A stretch of 64,000 nucleotides of DNA from Gemmatimonadaceae bacterium (lineage in GTDB: Bacteria; Gemmatimonadota; Gemmatimonadetes; Gemmatimonadales; Gemmatimonadaceae): assembly GCA_014379355.1 (NCBI GenBank), contig JACMLX010000187.1, positions 9,037-73,036 on the forward strand, given 5' to 3'. The notes under the pieces were generated by a model. It did no database searches, had not been told where the DNA came from, and saw only the letters and a program-made list of their open reading frames with translations. A program made the translations under genes and the position numbers. Below, one piece after another: positions 35,115-46,100 of the stretch; positions within the stretch are counted from its first letter, which is position 1, and every line of letters begins with the position of its first letter.

Positions 35115-37466
35115 TTGGACACGACCAATGCCGTCAGCACACGCCGCATCGTCATTGCCCGCCCCCGGACGACTCTCTACTATTGCGCCGTGACCGCTGA
35201 CCCGGGTACTCCGAATTCTGTGCGGCAACGCGTCAGACGTCGCCTGCTGCTTCCCGCGGCCATCGTCGCCGCGTGCCTCACGATGTTGGCGGGTATGCGC
35301 GCCTGGCAGCTGCGCTCCGCTCAGGTTGAGTTCCAGAAATCGAACGCGCTGCAGCTGGTCACGGTCGGCGCGCGTGCACTCGACGCGACCATCGCACAGA
35401 CGCAGACGCTGCTGTTGAGTCTCGGCGAGTTGCTCGACCCGAACGCGCCAACCGGTGCGAACGACGCAGTGCTGCAGCGCATCTTCCGCGCTGCGCCGGT
35501 GCCATACGCCAATCTCTGGATCGCCGATACCAGTGGCCGAGCACTGGGCGCCGCACGCCTGCCGGCCCTCGGACGCCCCGCCTTCGCGATCGGCGATCGC
35601 CGGTACTTCAAGATGGCGATGCAGACAGGAAGGTTCACCGTCGGTGACATCGTGCCGTCGCGTGTCCTGCCGGGCAATCCGCGCGTGCTCACCTTCGCCC
35701 TGCCGGTGATCGACACGATCACGAGACGCATCAAGGCAGTGGTCGGCGCGTCGATCGAGGTCGATTCGCTCCAGGCCGTGCGAACCGCTCGAACGCTGCC
35801 ACGGGGATCGGTGCTGACGATTCTCGACAGCGCGGGCTCGGTCGTGTATCGGACGCTCGATGCGGACCAATGGATCGGCCGCCGCTTCGACCTGGATTCC
35901 GGGAGCGTCAACGACTTCCGCGCCAATCACGGCGTCGGCGCCGGCCGGAGCTCGGATGGCACGTTTCGCCTGACGGGATATCACAGCACCGATCGTGCGC
36001 CGTGGGTGCTCTACATCGGGATCCCGTCGCTCTATACGCTGGACGTGGTGCGCAATCAGTTTCTGCGCGACCTCGGCGTCGGCCTGATCATCACGCTCAT
36101 CGTGCTGGCGCTCGGGTATGCATCGATCCTCGTCGTCGTGACGCCGATCGAGTCGCTCACGGCCGACGCGCGCGCGATCGCCGACGGTAACATGTCACGA
36201 CGCTCCGCGGTGAGCTCGAACGACGAGATCGGCGACCTCGCGCGCGCATTCAACCAGATGGCGGACACGGTCGTCGACCGCAATGCGGCGCTCAAGTCGT
36301 CGCAGGAACAGCTGCTGCACGTGCAGAAGATGGACGCGCTCGGGTCCTTCGCCGGCGGCATCGCGCACGACTTCAACAACTATCTCGCCTCGATCGTGGC
36401 GCACGCGGAGCTGGCCGATCTTGCGATGTCCGAGGACGATCCTGCCCGCCTCGACCTCCGCGAAGTGTTGGCGTCCTCATCGCGCGCTGCTGACCTGACG
36501 CGGCAGATTCTCGTCTTCAGCCGCAAGCAGGTCGTGGAGCGCCACACGCTCGACCTGAATGACGTCGTGCATGGCATCGAACGCATGTTGGTGCGCCTGA
36601 TCGGGGAGAGCCTGCAGCTCGACGTGCAGTACAGCCCGACGCCAGTGCTGGTGCATGCCGATCACGGGCAGATGGAACAGGTGATCGTGAACCTCGTGGC
36701 GAATGCGCGCGACGCGATGGCTGACGGTGGCACGGTGACGGTGAAGATCGCGAGCACGGCGCTGATGGTCGGCGATTCGCGCGCGCCAGGTGCGCAGCCA
36801 GGCACGTACAGTCAATTGACGGTGAGCGACGAAGGCACGGGCATCCCGCCGGAACTGCTCGATCGTGTCTTCGATCCGTTCTTCAGCACGAAGTCGCGAG
36901 GGCACGGCACCGGGATGGGCCTCGCGATCGCGTTCAGCATCATCGAGCAGAGCGGTGGCAAGCTGTCGGTGGACAGCACGCCGGGCGTCGGGTCCACCTT
37001 CTCTGCGGTCATGCCACCGGCCGAGGGCGCGACGCGTGAGAAGGCGGCGCTGCCCCCGGTTCGCAATGTCACGCGAGGACGGGGACGAGTCCTGCTGGCC
37101 GAGGATGACGCTGCCGTGCGATCGAGTTGTGAACGGATGCTGGTGCGCTCAGGCTACTTCGTGGTGTCAGCCGCCGATGGGTCCTCGGCGCTGCATCAGT
37201 TGCGTGCGCAACCGGAGCCATTCGACCTGTTGCTCTCCGACGTCGTGATGCCCGGCATGTCGGGCTCCGAACTGGCGCGGCGAGTGAAGGCCTTGCAGCC
37301 GGGCATCGCCGTCCTGTTCATGAGCGGCTATGCCGACGATGACGTGGTGCGGAAGGCTGTCGCGGCGAACGCTGCAACGTGCATCGCCAAGCCGTTCACC
37401 GTACAGGCGCTCAGCACTGCGGTGCAGAGTGCGCTCGCCCAACAGGCGGATGCGTTCACCGCCTGA
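35115..37466 (+). CDS. hybrid sensor histidine kinase / response regulator (Cache-like periplasmic domain, HAMP, HisKA, HATPase_c, REC)
   Basis: TM (LLLPAAIVAACLTMLAG), a Cache-like sensor, a second TM, HAMP (IADGNMSRR...IGDLARAFNQMA) and the H-box GGIAHDFNNYL. Also N/G boxes (NLVANARDAM, DEGTGIP, GTGMGLA) and REC (RVLLAEDD...LLLSDVVMPGMSG...KPF). The TTG start at 35115 is uncertain. Confidence 0.85.
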   Translation: MDTTNAVSTRRIVIARPRTTLYYCAVTADPGTPNSVRQRVRRRLLLPAAIVAACLTMLAGMRAWQLRSAQVEFQKSNALQLVTVGARALDATIAQTQTLLLSLGELLDPNAPTGANDAVLQRIFRAAPVPYANLWIADTSGRALGAARLPALGRPAFAIGDRRYFKMAMQTGRFTVGDIVPSRVLPGNPRVLTFALPVIDTITRRIKAVVGASIEVDSLQAVRTARTLPRGSVLTILDSAGSVVYRTLDADQWIGRRFDLDSGSVNDFRANHGVGAGRSSDGTFRLTGYHSTDRAPWVLYIGIPSLYTLDVVRNQFLRDLGVGLIITLIVLALGYASILVVVTPIESLTADARAIADGNMSRRSAVSSNDEIGDLARAFNQMADTVVDRNAALKSSQEQLLHVQKMDALGSFAGGIAHDFNNYLASIVAHAELADLAMSEDDPARLDLREVLASSSRAADLTRQILVFSRKQVVERHTLDLNDVVHGIERMLVRLIGESLQLDVQYSPTPVLVHADHGQMEQVIVNLVANARDAMADGGTVTVKIASTALMVGDSRAPGAQPGTYSQLTVSDEGTGIPPELLDRVFDPFFSTKSRGHGTGMGLAIAFSIIEQSGGKLSVDSTPGVGSTFSAVMPPAEGATREKAALPPVRNVTRGRGRVLLAEDDAAVRSSCERMLVRSGYFVVSAADGSSALHQLRAQPEPFDLLLSDVVMPGMSGSELARRVKALQPGIAVLFMSGYADDDVVRKAVAANAATCIAKPFTVQALSTAVQSALAQQADAFTA

Positions 37467-38091
37467 CGACGCGAAAGGCAAAGTCACGGCCCATGCCGCC
37501 ACCGAACGCCAGGCCGATCCAGAGTGTCGCCAGTGACTCCAGCTCGCGGCTGCGAATGAGTGCACCCGCGTCGATCGCATCGAAGCCGATCGCCTCCACG
37601 AGCGTCCGCACCGTGTCCTTGGCCGTGGCGTCATCACCAGCGTAGAACATGACTGTCGCCGCTCCGTCATACACCGGGTCGGCCATGTTGCTGAATCCCG
37701 TCGAGTTGAAGGCCTTCACGACGCGCGCCTCCGGCACGACCGCCTGCAACAATTCAGCGCCTGATTCACCGTTCGGCCCGCGCTCGAGTCGGAATCCGGC
37801 GCCGAGCGGATTCGTTGCATCGATGACGACCACCCCACGCAATGGGCCGGCGGTTCGCAGCGTTTCCGACGCCGCGTTCCACGGTGTCGCGAGCAGCACC
37901 ACGTCCACCTCGCGAAGCGCGTCGGCGATGGTCGTGACGGTGGCGCCGGTGGGCAGGGTGTCGCCGCCCTTGACGGCGTCGGCGCCCCGATTCACATCGC
38001 GGACGCCGAATGCAACGGAATGGCCGGCTGCGGCCCAGCGACGACCGAGGGTGCCGCCGACGTTGCCACTGCCGAGGACTGCGATGCGCAT
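37456..38091 (-). CDS. NADPH-dependent F420 reductase-like / NAD(P)-binding oxidoreductase
   Basis: Start at MRIAVLGSGNVGGTLGRRWAAAGHSV (Rossmann G-x-G-x-x-G), followed by AKDTVRTLVEAIGFDAIDAG. The 3' end overlaps the convergent kinase gene by 11 nt. Confidence 0.75.
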   Translation of the reverse strand: MRIAVLGSGNVGGTLGRRWAAAGHSVAFGVRDVNRGADAVKGGDTLPTGATVTTIADALREVDVVLLATPWNAASETLRTAGPLRGVVVIDATNPLGAGFRLERGPNGESGAELLQAVVPEARVVKAFNSTGFSNMADPVYDGAATVMFYAGDDATAKDTVRTLVEAIGFDAIDAGALIRSRELESLATLWIGLAFGGGMGRDFAFRVVRR

Positions 38092-38217
38092 TGAAGGATT
38101 CGGTGAGGGAATGATCGAGGATCGCGTCGAATCAGGCCATGATCGAGCGCACTGACATCTTATCCGGCCGATCAAGAGGACGGAGCGTTCGAGCCCGCGT
38201 CCAAACGGTGACGATGC

Positions 38218-38988
38218 TCACTCGCCGAGCGCGGCGATGACCAGTTCGGCCGTCTCGGCCCCGGAGAAATTCTGCTGGCCGGTGATCAGGTTGCCGTCGC
38301 GAATTGCGAAGCCGCGCCAGAGTCCGGCCTGCACATAGTTGGCCCCGATGCGCTTCATCTCGTCTTCGATGCGCCACGGTTGGATGTGTGTCCCGCGCGC
38401 GAGATACCCGGCGCTCCACACGGCATCGTCGGCGAAGTCCTCCTCGACGTTCGCGAAGCCGGTCACGGTCTTGCCCGTCGCGAGCAGTGCGCCGCTGCGC
38501 AGGCGTGCGTATCGCAGAATCGCGACGCCATGACAGAGTGCCGCGGCGATCTTTCCGCGTTCGTGGAACTCGACGAACTTCTGCTGCAGCGTCGGCGAGC
38601 GTTCGATGGTGTACATCGGCGCCTGCCCTCCGGCGACCACGATGGCGTCGTAGTCGTCGACATCGAGGCTGGCGATCGGCGCCGTATTCTCGATCAGCGC
38701 CGCAAGCGCCGGCGTGGCGATGAAGCCCATCGAGATCAGGTCGGTCGAGGAATATCCGCTCGCGTCGCGCGGATCACTGAAGCTGTCCGCAACACACGCA
38801 CCGCCGTCCTGACTGAAGATCGTGACGTGGTAACCCTTCTCGCTGAAGGCGTACCACGGATGCGTCAGTTCACTCCACCAGAATCCGATCGGCCATCCCG
38901 TCTGCCCGGAAATCGCGGGATTGGAAATAACGATGGCGACACGCTTCGGTGCCGATGGATTGACCGTGTTCAGATTTTTCAGGCTCAT
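38218..38988 (-). CDS. DJ-1/PfpI (class I glutamine amidotransferase-like) family protein
   Basis: Start at MSLKNLNTVNPSAPKRVAIVISNP. It has DAIVVAGGQAP and the nucleophile elbow AAALCHGVAIL. Confidence 0.8.
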   Translation of the reverse strand: MSLKNLNTVNPSAPKRVAIVISNPAISGQTGWPIGFWWSELTHPWYAFSEKGYHVTIFSQDGGACVADSFSDPRDASGYSSTDLISMGFIATPALAALIENTAPIASLDVDDYDAIVVAGGQAPMYTIERSPTLQQKFVEFHERGKIAAALCHGVAILRYARLRSGALLATGKTVTGFANVEEDFADDAVWSAGYLARGTHIQPWRIEDEMKRIGANYVQAGLWRGFAIRDGNLITGQQNFSGAETAELVIAALGE

Positions 38989-39160
38989 TCCGACATGCCT
39001 CATGACAGGGCGAATGCCGCGTGGCGGGTGTGTCGTGGTCGCACTCGCGGCGTGACTGCGCGAGAGGCTAGCTTGGGAATCACCGTCGCAGTAGTACGCA
39101 CCGTGTCGTCCCATAGGCACCTGCGGGTGCCCATCGTCACCACGCAAATCCGAGCGCAGC

Positions 39161-39562
39161 GTGCTCCCTTCACCAGACGCCGACGCGGCGCCCGATCCGT
39201 TTCTCAATGTGGCCGGCGCGAGCCTCGTCGTGTCGCTGCTCGCGGACAAGTGGACGATTCCGCTCATTCATGCGCTGGCACGCGGCACGCGTCGCACCAG
39301 TGAACTGAAGCGGCTGCTCGGCGGGGTGTCGCAGAAGATGCTGACGCAGACGCTCCGCACGATCGAGGAGCACGGCCTCATCGAGCGCCGCGTGTATGCA
39401 GAGGTGCCACCACGCGTCGAATACAGCCTGACGCCGCTGGGCCGGTCGTTGAACGAACCGCTGACCATCATCTGCGAATGGACGGCGCGGCATGGCGCTG
39501 AACTCGTGACGGCGCGCGACAATCTTCGGCGCTCGTCGCGTACTTCAGTCGCTGATCGCTGA
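39161..39562 (+). CDS. HxlR family transcriptional regulator
   Basis: LADKWTIPLIHALARGTRRTSELKRLLGGVSQKMLTQTLRTIEEHGLIERRVYAEVPPRVEYSLTPLG is the canonical HxlR winged helix. The gene is divergent from the DJ-1/reductase pair. Confidence 0.9.
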   Translation: MLPSPDADAAPDPFLNVAGASLVVSLLADKWTIPLIHALARGTRRTSELKRLLGGVSQKMLTQTLRTIEEHGLIERRVYAEVPPRVEYSLTPLGRSLNEPLTIICEWTARHGAELVTARDNLRRSSRTSVADR

Positions 39563-39689
39563 ATCGGCTCAGCTCAGCCGGCGCCTCGCTCGAGTGCGGT
39601 CACGACGATCGGTCGAACGAGACCAAGCACGCGAGAAGCCCACCATCACGGTCGTCACTTGTCGCAGCGGCTCGCACCGCATCATCAGC

Positions 39690-40412
39690 TCAGGGTGACG
39701 TTGCGCGAGGAAATTGCGCTTCGAGCGGCGTGAAGTGCCTGACGAGCATGTCCACCAGGGCAGAGCGAATGCCGGAGCGCAGTGGCTCTTCCACCGACAT
39801 GACGTGGTCGAGCACCGCATGCACCACCACGACGCTCAATGCTGCGTGGCGTGCTGCCTCCGCCTCCGGAATGCCCGGCATGCGGCGGGCGAGGAGTGTC
39901 CGAACCAGCTCCTGCATGTGTTCTTCCATCTGCAACGACACCGCGCTCTTCCCGCCGCTCGCCGAATCCGTTGCTCGGCACACCGCGAGATAACCCGGAT
40001 GTGCCTCGTCCATCTGCGCGAATGACTCGATCATCTCGCGGAAGAGCACAGGCAGTGGCACCCATGGCTCGTCGAGACGCAGCTCCCGCGCGAGCATCGT
40101 CGTCATCGTGGCCGCAAAACGCTCCGCCAGGGCCTGCAGGATCGCGTCCTTGTTCGGAAAGAAATGGTACAGCGAGCCGACGCTCGCGCCGGCACGTTCC
40201 GCGATCGCATTGGTCGTCGCCGCGTCCACGCCCATGTCGCCGAACACCGCTTCAGCCGCATCGAGGATGGCTTCCACTCGCTGTTGACCCCGCTTCTGGA
40301 CGGGGGCGCGCGACGGTCGCGGTTCGGCTTGCTTAAGTCCTTCCTCTGCAATGACTTCAGTCACGAATCCTCCGGCATGCTGCGAATGTAACGCCTGATT
40401 CACACACGTCAC
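39690..40412 (-). CDS. TetR/AcrR family transcriptional regulator
   Basis: HTH segment RVEAILDAAEAVFGDMGVDAATTNAIAERAGASVGSLYHFFPNKDAIL. The gene is divergent from the efflux operon. The likely true start is the GTG at 40364 (VTEVIAEEG). Confidence 0.85.
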   Translation of the reverse strand: MTCVNQALHSQHAGGFVTEVIAEEGLKQAEPRPSRAPVQKRGQQRVEAILDAAEAVFGDMGVDAATTNAIAERAGASVGSLYHFFPNKDAILQALAERFAATMTTMLARELRLDEPWVPLPVLFREMIESFAQMDEAHPGYLAVCRATDSASGGKSAVSLQMEEHMQELVRTLLARRMPGIPEAEAARHAALSVVVVHAVLDHVMSVEEPLRSGIRSALVDMLVRHFTPLEAQFPRATSP

Positions 40413-40518
40413 ACTCGTCGGCGGCGGGTGCCCTGGCAGCGTGACCGTCTCGACTGAGACGCCATCCGTGCCAGCGAGTTATACCCGCGATTCAGAAAAT
40501 AGAGCGAAGGCTCGGGTA

Positions 40519-40564
40519 TTGACAAGTAGAAGCATCTCTCTAGTTTGGTTCCAAGAACTAGAGA
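40519..40564 (+). promoter_or_regulatory. candidate promoter (TTGACA-N16-TAGTTT) with overlapping inverted repeat TCTCTAGTT-N10-AACTAGAGA (candidate TetR operator)
   Basis: This AT-rich island lies between the divergent TetR and TolC genes. The -35 is at 40519-40524 and the 9-bp perfect arms are at 40537-40545 and 40556-40564, 31 nt before the TolC start. Confidence 0.5.
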
Positions 40565-40594
40565 CATCGCTCGACTTATCGATCCCACGCGCTG

Positions 40595-41962
40595 ATGCCG
40601 CTCATGCGAATGCTCCCCCTCGCGCTCCTGCTGCTCGCCACCTCACGCCCGGCCTTCGGTCAGGCGTCGCACCGATCACCTCTTGACGCGCTCGTCGCCG
40701 AGGGACTCGCCGCCAACCCTGCCCTCCGCGCGCGCTCGCTGGCCGTCACTCGCGACGATGCCGCCATCGAGGAGGCGCGTGGGCGATTCCTCCCCTCGCT
40801 CACCGCCAACGCACGCGCGTCGCACTTGTCAGGTGCCACACAGAATCTTGGTGCGCTGATCAATCCCGCGTACGCCGCGCTCAACCAGCTGCTCGGCCAG
40901 GCTGTCTTCCCGACCAACATCAACCTCACGCTGCCGCAGAAGCAGGAGGCGACCCTGCGTCTCGCGCAACCGCTGTTCGAACCGCGCGTGCTGCAGGGCT
41001 ACCGCATCGCGCGATCAGTGCGCGACGCAAGTGCCGCGGATCGTGACGCGCAGCGGCGCCAGCTCGCGGCCGACATTCAAACGTCGTACCTGCAGTATGC
41101 GCGGGCGTCACGCGCCGCAGAATTGTATGACCAGACCGTGCCCCTGCTCGACGAAACGCGACGTGTCAGTGAGCGCCTGCTCTCGGCAGGAAAGGTCACG
41201 CCCGACAACGTGCTGCGCGCCCGTGCTGAGCAGAGTGCGGTGGTGCAGCAACGCGACGCGGCCCATCAACTCGCCGACGCCGCGCGGCAGCAGCTCAACT
41301 ACCTGAGCGGCCGTCCTCTCGACGCGCCCCTGCTGCTCTTCGCCGACTCGTTGCTGGGTTTCGACGCACGATTCATTGCGCGTGAGGATGTGGCTGCAGC
41401 GCAGGCATCGGCGCAGGCCAGGCGCGAGGAACTCGTGCAGCTCGATCGGTCGTCCGACGCCCTGCAAGGGCAGCGTCGACTGGCGCGCGCGGCCTATCTG
41501 CCGAGTGTCAATGTTGCCGTGGACTACGGTTTCCAGGGCAACACGATTCGCGTGAATCGCGATCGCGACTTCACCGTGGCCAGCGTCGTGATGAGCTGGA
41601 ACCTCTTCAATGGCGGCCAGGATCGCGCGCGGGTGCAGCAGGCCGCCATCGACGTGCAGCAGCTCAAGGCCCGCCGCGACGACGCATCGCGCAGCATTGC
41701 GCTGCAGGTGCGTGTGTCGCACGATGCCGCCGCGGTTGCGCGGACCGGGATCACGACGGCGACAGAGCGCCAGAACACCGCCACGCGCACGTTCGAACTC
41801 GTGCAGCGCCGATACAGCGAAGGCCTCGCCACACAACTCGAGCTGCTCGACGCACGCACCGCGCTGACGACGGCGCAGCTCAATCGACTCATCACGACCT
41901 ACGACTTCTACCAGCGCGTCGTGGAATACGAACGCGCCGCTGCACTTTCATCCCTGGAGTAA
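40595..41962 (+). CDS. TolC-family outer membrane efflux protein
   Basis: Signal peptide MPLMRMLPLALLLLATSRPAFGQ and a duplicated coiled-coil/beta pattern. The C-terminus TTYDFYQRVVEYERAAA is typical of OMF proteins. Confidence 0.85.
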   Translation: MPLMRMLPLALLLLATSRPAFGQASHRSPLDALVAEGLAANPALRARSLAVTRDDAAIEEARGRFLPSLTANARASHLSGATQNLGALINPAYAALNQLLGQAVFPTNINLTLPQKQEATLRLAQPLFEPRVLQGYRIARSVRDASAADRDAQRRQLAADIQTSYLQYARASRAAELYDQTVPLLDETRRVSERLLSAGKVTPDNVLRARAEQSAVVQQRDAAHQLADAARQQLNYLSGRPLDAPLLLFADSLLGFDARFIAREDVAAAQASAQARREELVQLDRSSDALQGQRRLARAAYLPSVNVAVDYGFQGNTIRVNRDRDFTVASVVMSWNLFNGGQDRARVQQAAIDVQQLKARRDDASRSIALQVRVSHDAAAVARTGITTATERQNTATRTFELVQRRYSEGLATQLELLDARTALTTAQLNRLITTYDFYQRVVEYERAAALSSLE

Positions 41963-41966
41963 CGCC

Positions 41967-43157
41967 ATGTCACGCCGCACGTCCTCGCCGCTTCAGGCAC
42001 CTGATCGCGCCGCACAATTCGCTCCATACATCCTCGCGGTGCTTGCCCTGTCCGGCACCGTGTTTCTCGGCAGCTGCGGACGGAACGCGGATGCGCAACA
42101 GAACGTCGCGGCGGACAGCGCCGTGCCGGTGCGTGTGACGGCGCTGTCCGGCGCTGACAGGCCGGCAGCCAGCACCATCAGTGTGACCGGCACACTCGCC
42201 GGCAAGGAGGAAGTCGCGCTCGCCTTCAAGATCGGCGGTGTGATCTCTCGCATCACCGTCGATCCGGGCCACCAGGTACGCGCGGGTCAGGTGCTCGCCG
42301 AATTGCGGCCGACGGAGATCGCAGCACAGGTGGCCAATGCACAGGAGGGTCGGCGCAAGGCGGAGCGGGATCTCGAGCGCGTGACGAGGTTGTACGGCGA
42401 CAGTGTCGCGACGCTCGAGCAGCTCCAGGACGCGCGCACCGCACTCGAAGTCGCGAGCAACGGGTCACGCATCGCACAGTTCAATGCGGACTACGCGGTC
42501 ATCCGTTCGCCGGGTGATGGCATCGTGCTGTCGCGCACCGCAGAACCGGGACAGGTCGTCGAGGCGGGACGCTCCGTCATCGCCGTGCGGCGAAACGGGC
42601 GTGGCATGGTCGTGCGCATCGGGTTGCCCGATCGTGACGCGGTGCGCGTGAAGATCGGCGACGCCGCCGACGTGACGTTCGATGCGCTGGCGGGGCAGCA
42701 CTTCACAGCACGGGTGACGCAGCGCGCAGCGACCGCGACGAGCGGCAGCGGAGACTACGCGGTCGAGGTGACACTCCCGCACTCTGCGAACTCGCTGCCG
42801 ACCGGCCTCGTCGCCCGCGTGACGCTGCGAACGGCAGGTGACGCCGTGGCGTCCGCAGCGGCATCGCGCGTGCTGGTGCCGCTCGACGCGCTGGTCGATG
42901 CCGACGGCGATTCCGCCGCCGTGTTCGTGCTGCACGCCGATGGCCGGAGTGTGTCGCGTCGCGCGCTCAGGCTCACCGACGTCGCCGAGGCGCTGCACAC
43001 CGCACAGGTGCCGGTGGTGCGCGGGTTGGATGGCACCGAGAAGGTGGTGACCGCCGGAATGTCGCGCCTCGTCGATGGGACGAAGGTTCGCGTGATCACC
43101 ACACCCACGCAGCGCGCCGAGTCCGACGCTGCGCCCACCTGGAAGGCCGCGCCATGA
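41967..43157 (+). CDS. RND efflux periplasmic adaptor (membrane fusion protein)
   Basis: Lipoprotein-like N-terminus (LSGTVFLGSC), a lipoyl-like hairpin (VRAGQVLAELRP...AVIRSPGDGIV) and a coiled coil. Confidence 0.85.
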   Translation: MSRRTSSPLQAPDRAAQFAPYILAVLALSGTVFLGSCGRNADAQQNVAADSAVPVRVTALSGADRPAASTISVTGTLAGKEEVALAFKIGGVISRITVDPGHQVRAGQVLAELRPTEIAAQVANAQEGRRKAERDLERVTRLYGDSVATLEQLQDARTALEVASNGSRIAQFNADYAVIRSPGDGIVLSRTAEPGQVVEAGRSVIAVRRNGRGMVVRIGLPDRDAVRVKIGDAADVTFDALAGQHFTARVTQRAATATSGSGDYAVEVTLPHSANSLPTGLVARVTLRTAGDAVASAAASRVLVPLDALVDADGDSAAVFVLHADGRSVSRRALRLTDVAEALHTAQVPVVRGLDGTEKVVTAGMSRLVDGTKVRVITTPTQRAESDAAPTWKAAP

Positions 43158-46100
43158 AGCTGATCGACTACTTCGTCAAGAATGCGCAGCTCACGATCGT
43201 GCTGCTGATCGCGCTGCTGGCCGCGGGAGCCCAGGCATTCATGACGATTCCGCGCGCCGAGGATCCGCTGATCGACTTCCCCGGCTTCACCGTGGTGGCG
43301 GTGTATCCGGGCGCCGGCCCGAATGACGTCGAGCAACTGATCGCCACGCCGATCGAGAAGCGGCTCAAGGAGCTGACGAACGTCAAGTCCATCAAGACGC
43401 AGATCACCGATGGGCTGGCCGTGATCTTCATCGAGTTCAACACCGGGTCCGTGCCACGCGAGAAGAAGGACGATGTGTTGCGCGAGGTGAACCAGCTCCG
43501 CAGCACACTGCCCCAGGAACTGGCGCTGCTGGATGTGATCAGCAACAACACCGGTGACGTCAACATCCTGCAGTACGCGCTGGAGTCTCCGACCGCGCCG
43601 TATGCCACGCTTGACGCGCGCAGTCGCGCACTCAAGGATCGGCTCGCGGCAGTGCCGGGCATCCGCAAGGTGGAACGGGTCGGCGCACCGCTGCGCGAAG
43701 TGCAGGTGTCGCTCGACCTGGGCCGCCTGAGCGCCCTGCACGTGCCCCTGCCTGCGGTCCTGGGCGCACTGGGCAGCGAGAGCGCCAATGTGCCGGGTGG
43801 CACCGTCAACATCAGCACCAGGCAGTTCGTCGTGAAGACGAGCGGATCATTCACTTCGCTCGATCAGGTGCGGAACACGGTCGTTGGTGCGTCCGGGAGC
43901 GCGGTCGTGCATCTGCGCGACGTCGCCACCGTGCAGTGGGGCTATGCCGACGCGACACACATCGCGCGTCACAATGGTGAACGCGCGGTGTTCATCGCCG
44001 CGAGCATGCAGGACGGCGCGAACATCTCCGACGTCCAGCCGATGGCGGAGGCGGCGGCGCGCGACTTCGAAGCGGAGCTGCCAGCTGGCATCACGCTCGC
44101 CCGTCCATTCGATCAGAGTGCCAACGTGCAGAATCGACTCGGACGGTTGGTGGAGGATTTCGGCATCGCGATCGCGCTGGTGCTGATCACACTGCTGCCG
44201 CTGGGCTTGCGCGCGGCCGGCGTGGTGATGGTGTCCATCCCGCTGTCGCTGGCCGTCGGCACGGTGCTGCTCCACAGCTTCGGCTTCACGCTCAATCAGC
44301 TCACGATCGTCGGCTTCGTGATTGCGCTCGGCCTGCTGGTGGACGATTCGATCGTGGTGGTGGAGAACATCGCGCGCTTCCTCCGGCGCGGCATGTCTCG
44401 CACGGAGGCCGCGATCACGGCGACGCGCCAGATCACTCCGGCGATCCTCGGGGCGACGGGCACGCTCATCTTCGCATTCGTGCCGCTGATGCTGCTGCCC
44501 GGCGGCCCGGGCGACTACATCCGCTCACTGCCGGCGGCCGTCATCGCGACGATCCTTGCGTCGCTGGTGGTGTCCCTCGCGATCATTCCGTTCCTCGCCA
44601 GTGTGGTCATGCCGCGCACCAGCGATGAACATGGCAATGCGGTCCTGCGCTGGTTGCAGCACGTCATCGAAGTCAGCTACACGCCGGTGCTGCATCGCGC
44701 GCTCGCGCATCCGCGTCGCACGCTGGTCTCGGCCGCCGCGCTGTTTGCTGGCGCGATCGCGCTCGTCCCGTTGATCGGCTTCTCGCTCTTCCCGAAGGCC
44801 GGCATTCCGCAGTTCCGCGTCACCATCGCGATGCCGAATGACGCGACGCTCGCGCAGACCGACAGCGCCGCACGTTTCGTCGAACGCACACTGATGGCCA
44901 GGTCGAGCATGGAGCACGTGATGACGAACGTCGGCCACGGCAATCCGTTCGTCTACTACAACGTGCCGCCTGTGAACGACCAGGCGAACTTCGCCGAAGT
45001 GGTGGCGAAGGTGAAGGTGTTCGATCCCGCGCACACGCCGCAGATGTTCGACACGCTGCGGACGATCTTCGATGCGTATCCCGAGGGACGCATCGCAGTG
45101 CGCGAGTACGAGAACGGTCCGCCACTCGAGGCGCCGATCGCGATCCGCTTCATCGGCGCCAACCTGGATACGCTGCGCACGATCGCGGCCCGATTCGAGC
45201 GTGTGCTGTCGGCCATACCCGGCACGCGCGATGTCGACAATCCGCTGGGCTCGAGCAAGACGAACGTTCGTGTGCTCGGCGTCCAGGTGGTGGACATCGA
45301 CAAGGTCGTGCGCCTCGGGCTGGCGGGTGTGCCGGCTGGCCGTATTCAGGACACGGATGGCGAGGCCTACGACGTGACGGCACGTCTCGCGCGGATCGGT
45401 CGTGCGACGCCGGCGGCACTGCAGCAGTTGTACGTCCCATCACAATCCGGTGCGCAGGTACCGTTGGCGCAGGTGTCGTCGCTGGCCCTCGAACGTACGC
45501 TGCCACGCATCCAGCATTTCGATACGGAGCGCAGCATCACGGTCACCAGTCAGGTGCGCACCGGCTTCAACACCGATCGCCTGACACGCATCGCGATGGA
45601 TTCGCTGCAGACCTGGAACCTGCCGAGCGGGTATCGCTGGGTGGCAGCCGGCGAGATCGAGAGTCGCCAGGAAAGCTTCGGTGGTTTCGGAGGCGCGATC
45701 CTGATCGCGACATTCGGGATCCTGACGGTCCTGATCCTCGAGTTCAAGACGTTCAAGAGCATGTTGATCGTCGCATCGGTCATCCCGCTGGGTGTGATCG
45801 GCGGCATGGTCGGCCTGTTCGTGAGCGGCTACACGCTGAGCTTCACGGCGATGATCGGTTTCGTCGCGCTGATCGGCATCGAGATCAAGAACTCGCTGCT
45901 GCTCGTCGACTACACCAACCAGCTGCGCGAGGCGGGCGCGGATCTCGATCATGCGATCGAGGAAGCGGGCCGTGTGCGCTTCCTGCCGATCGTGCTCACC
46001 ACCGCCACCGCGATCGGCGGACTGTTGCCGCTGGCGCTGCAAGGCTCGAGTCTCTACAGCCCGCTTGCGATCGTGATCATCGGCGGCCTGATCTCGTCTC

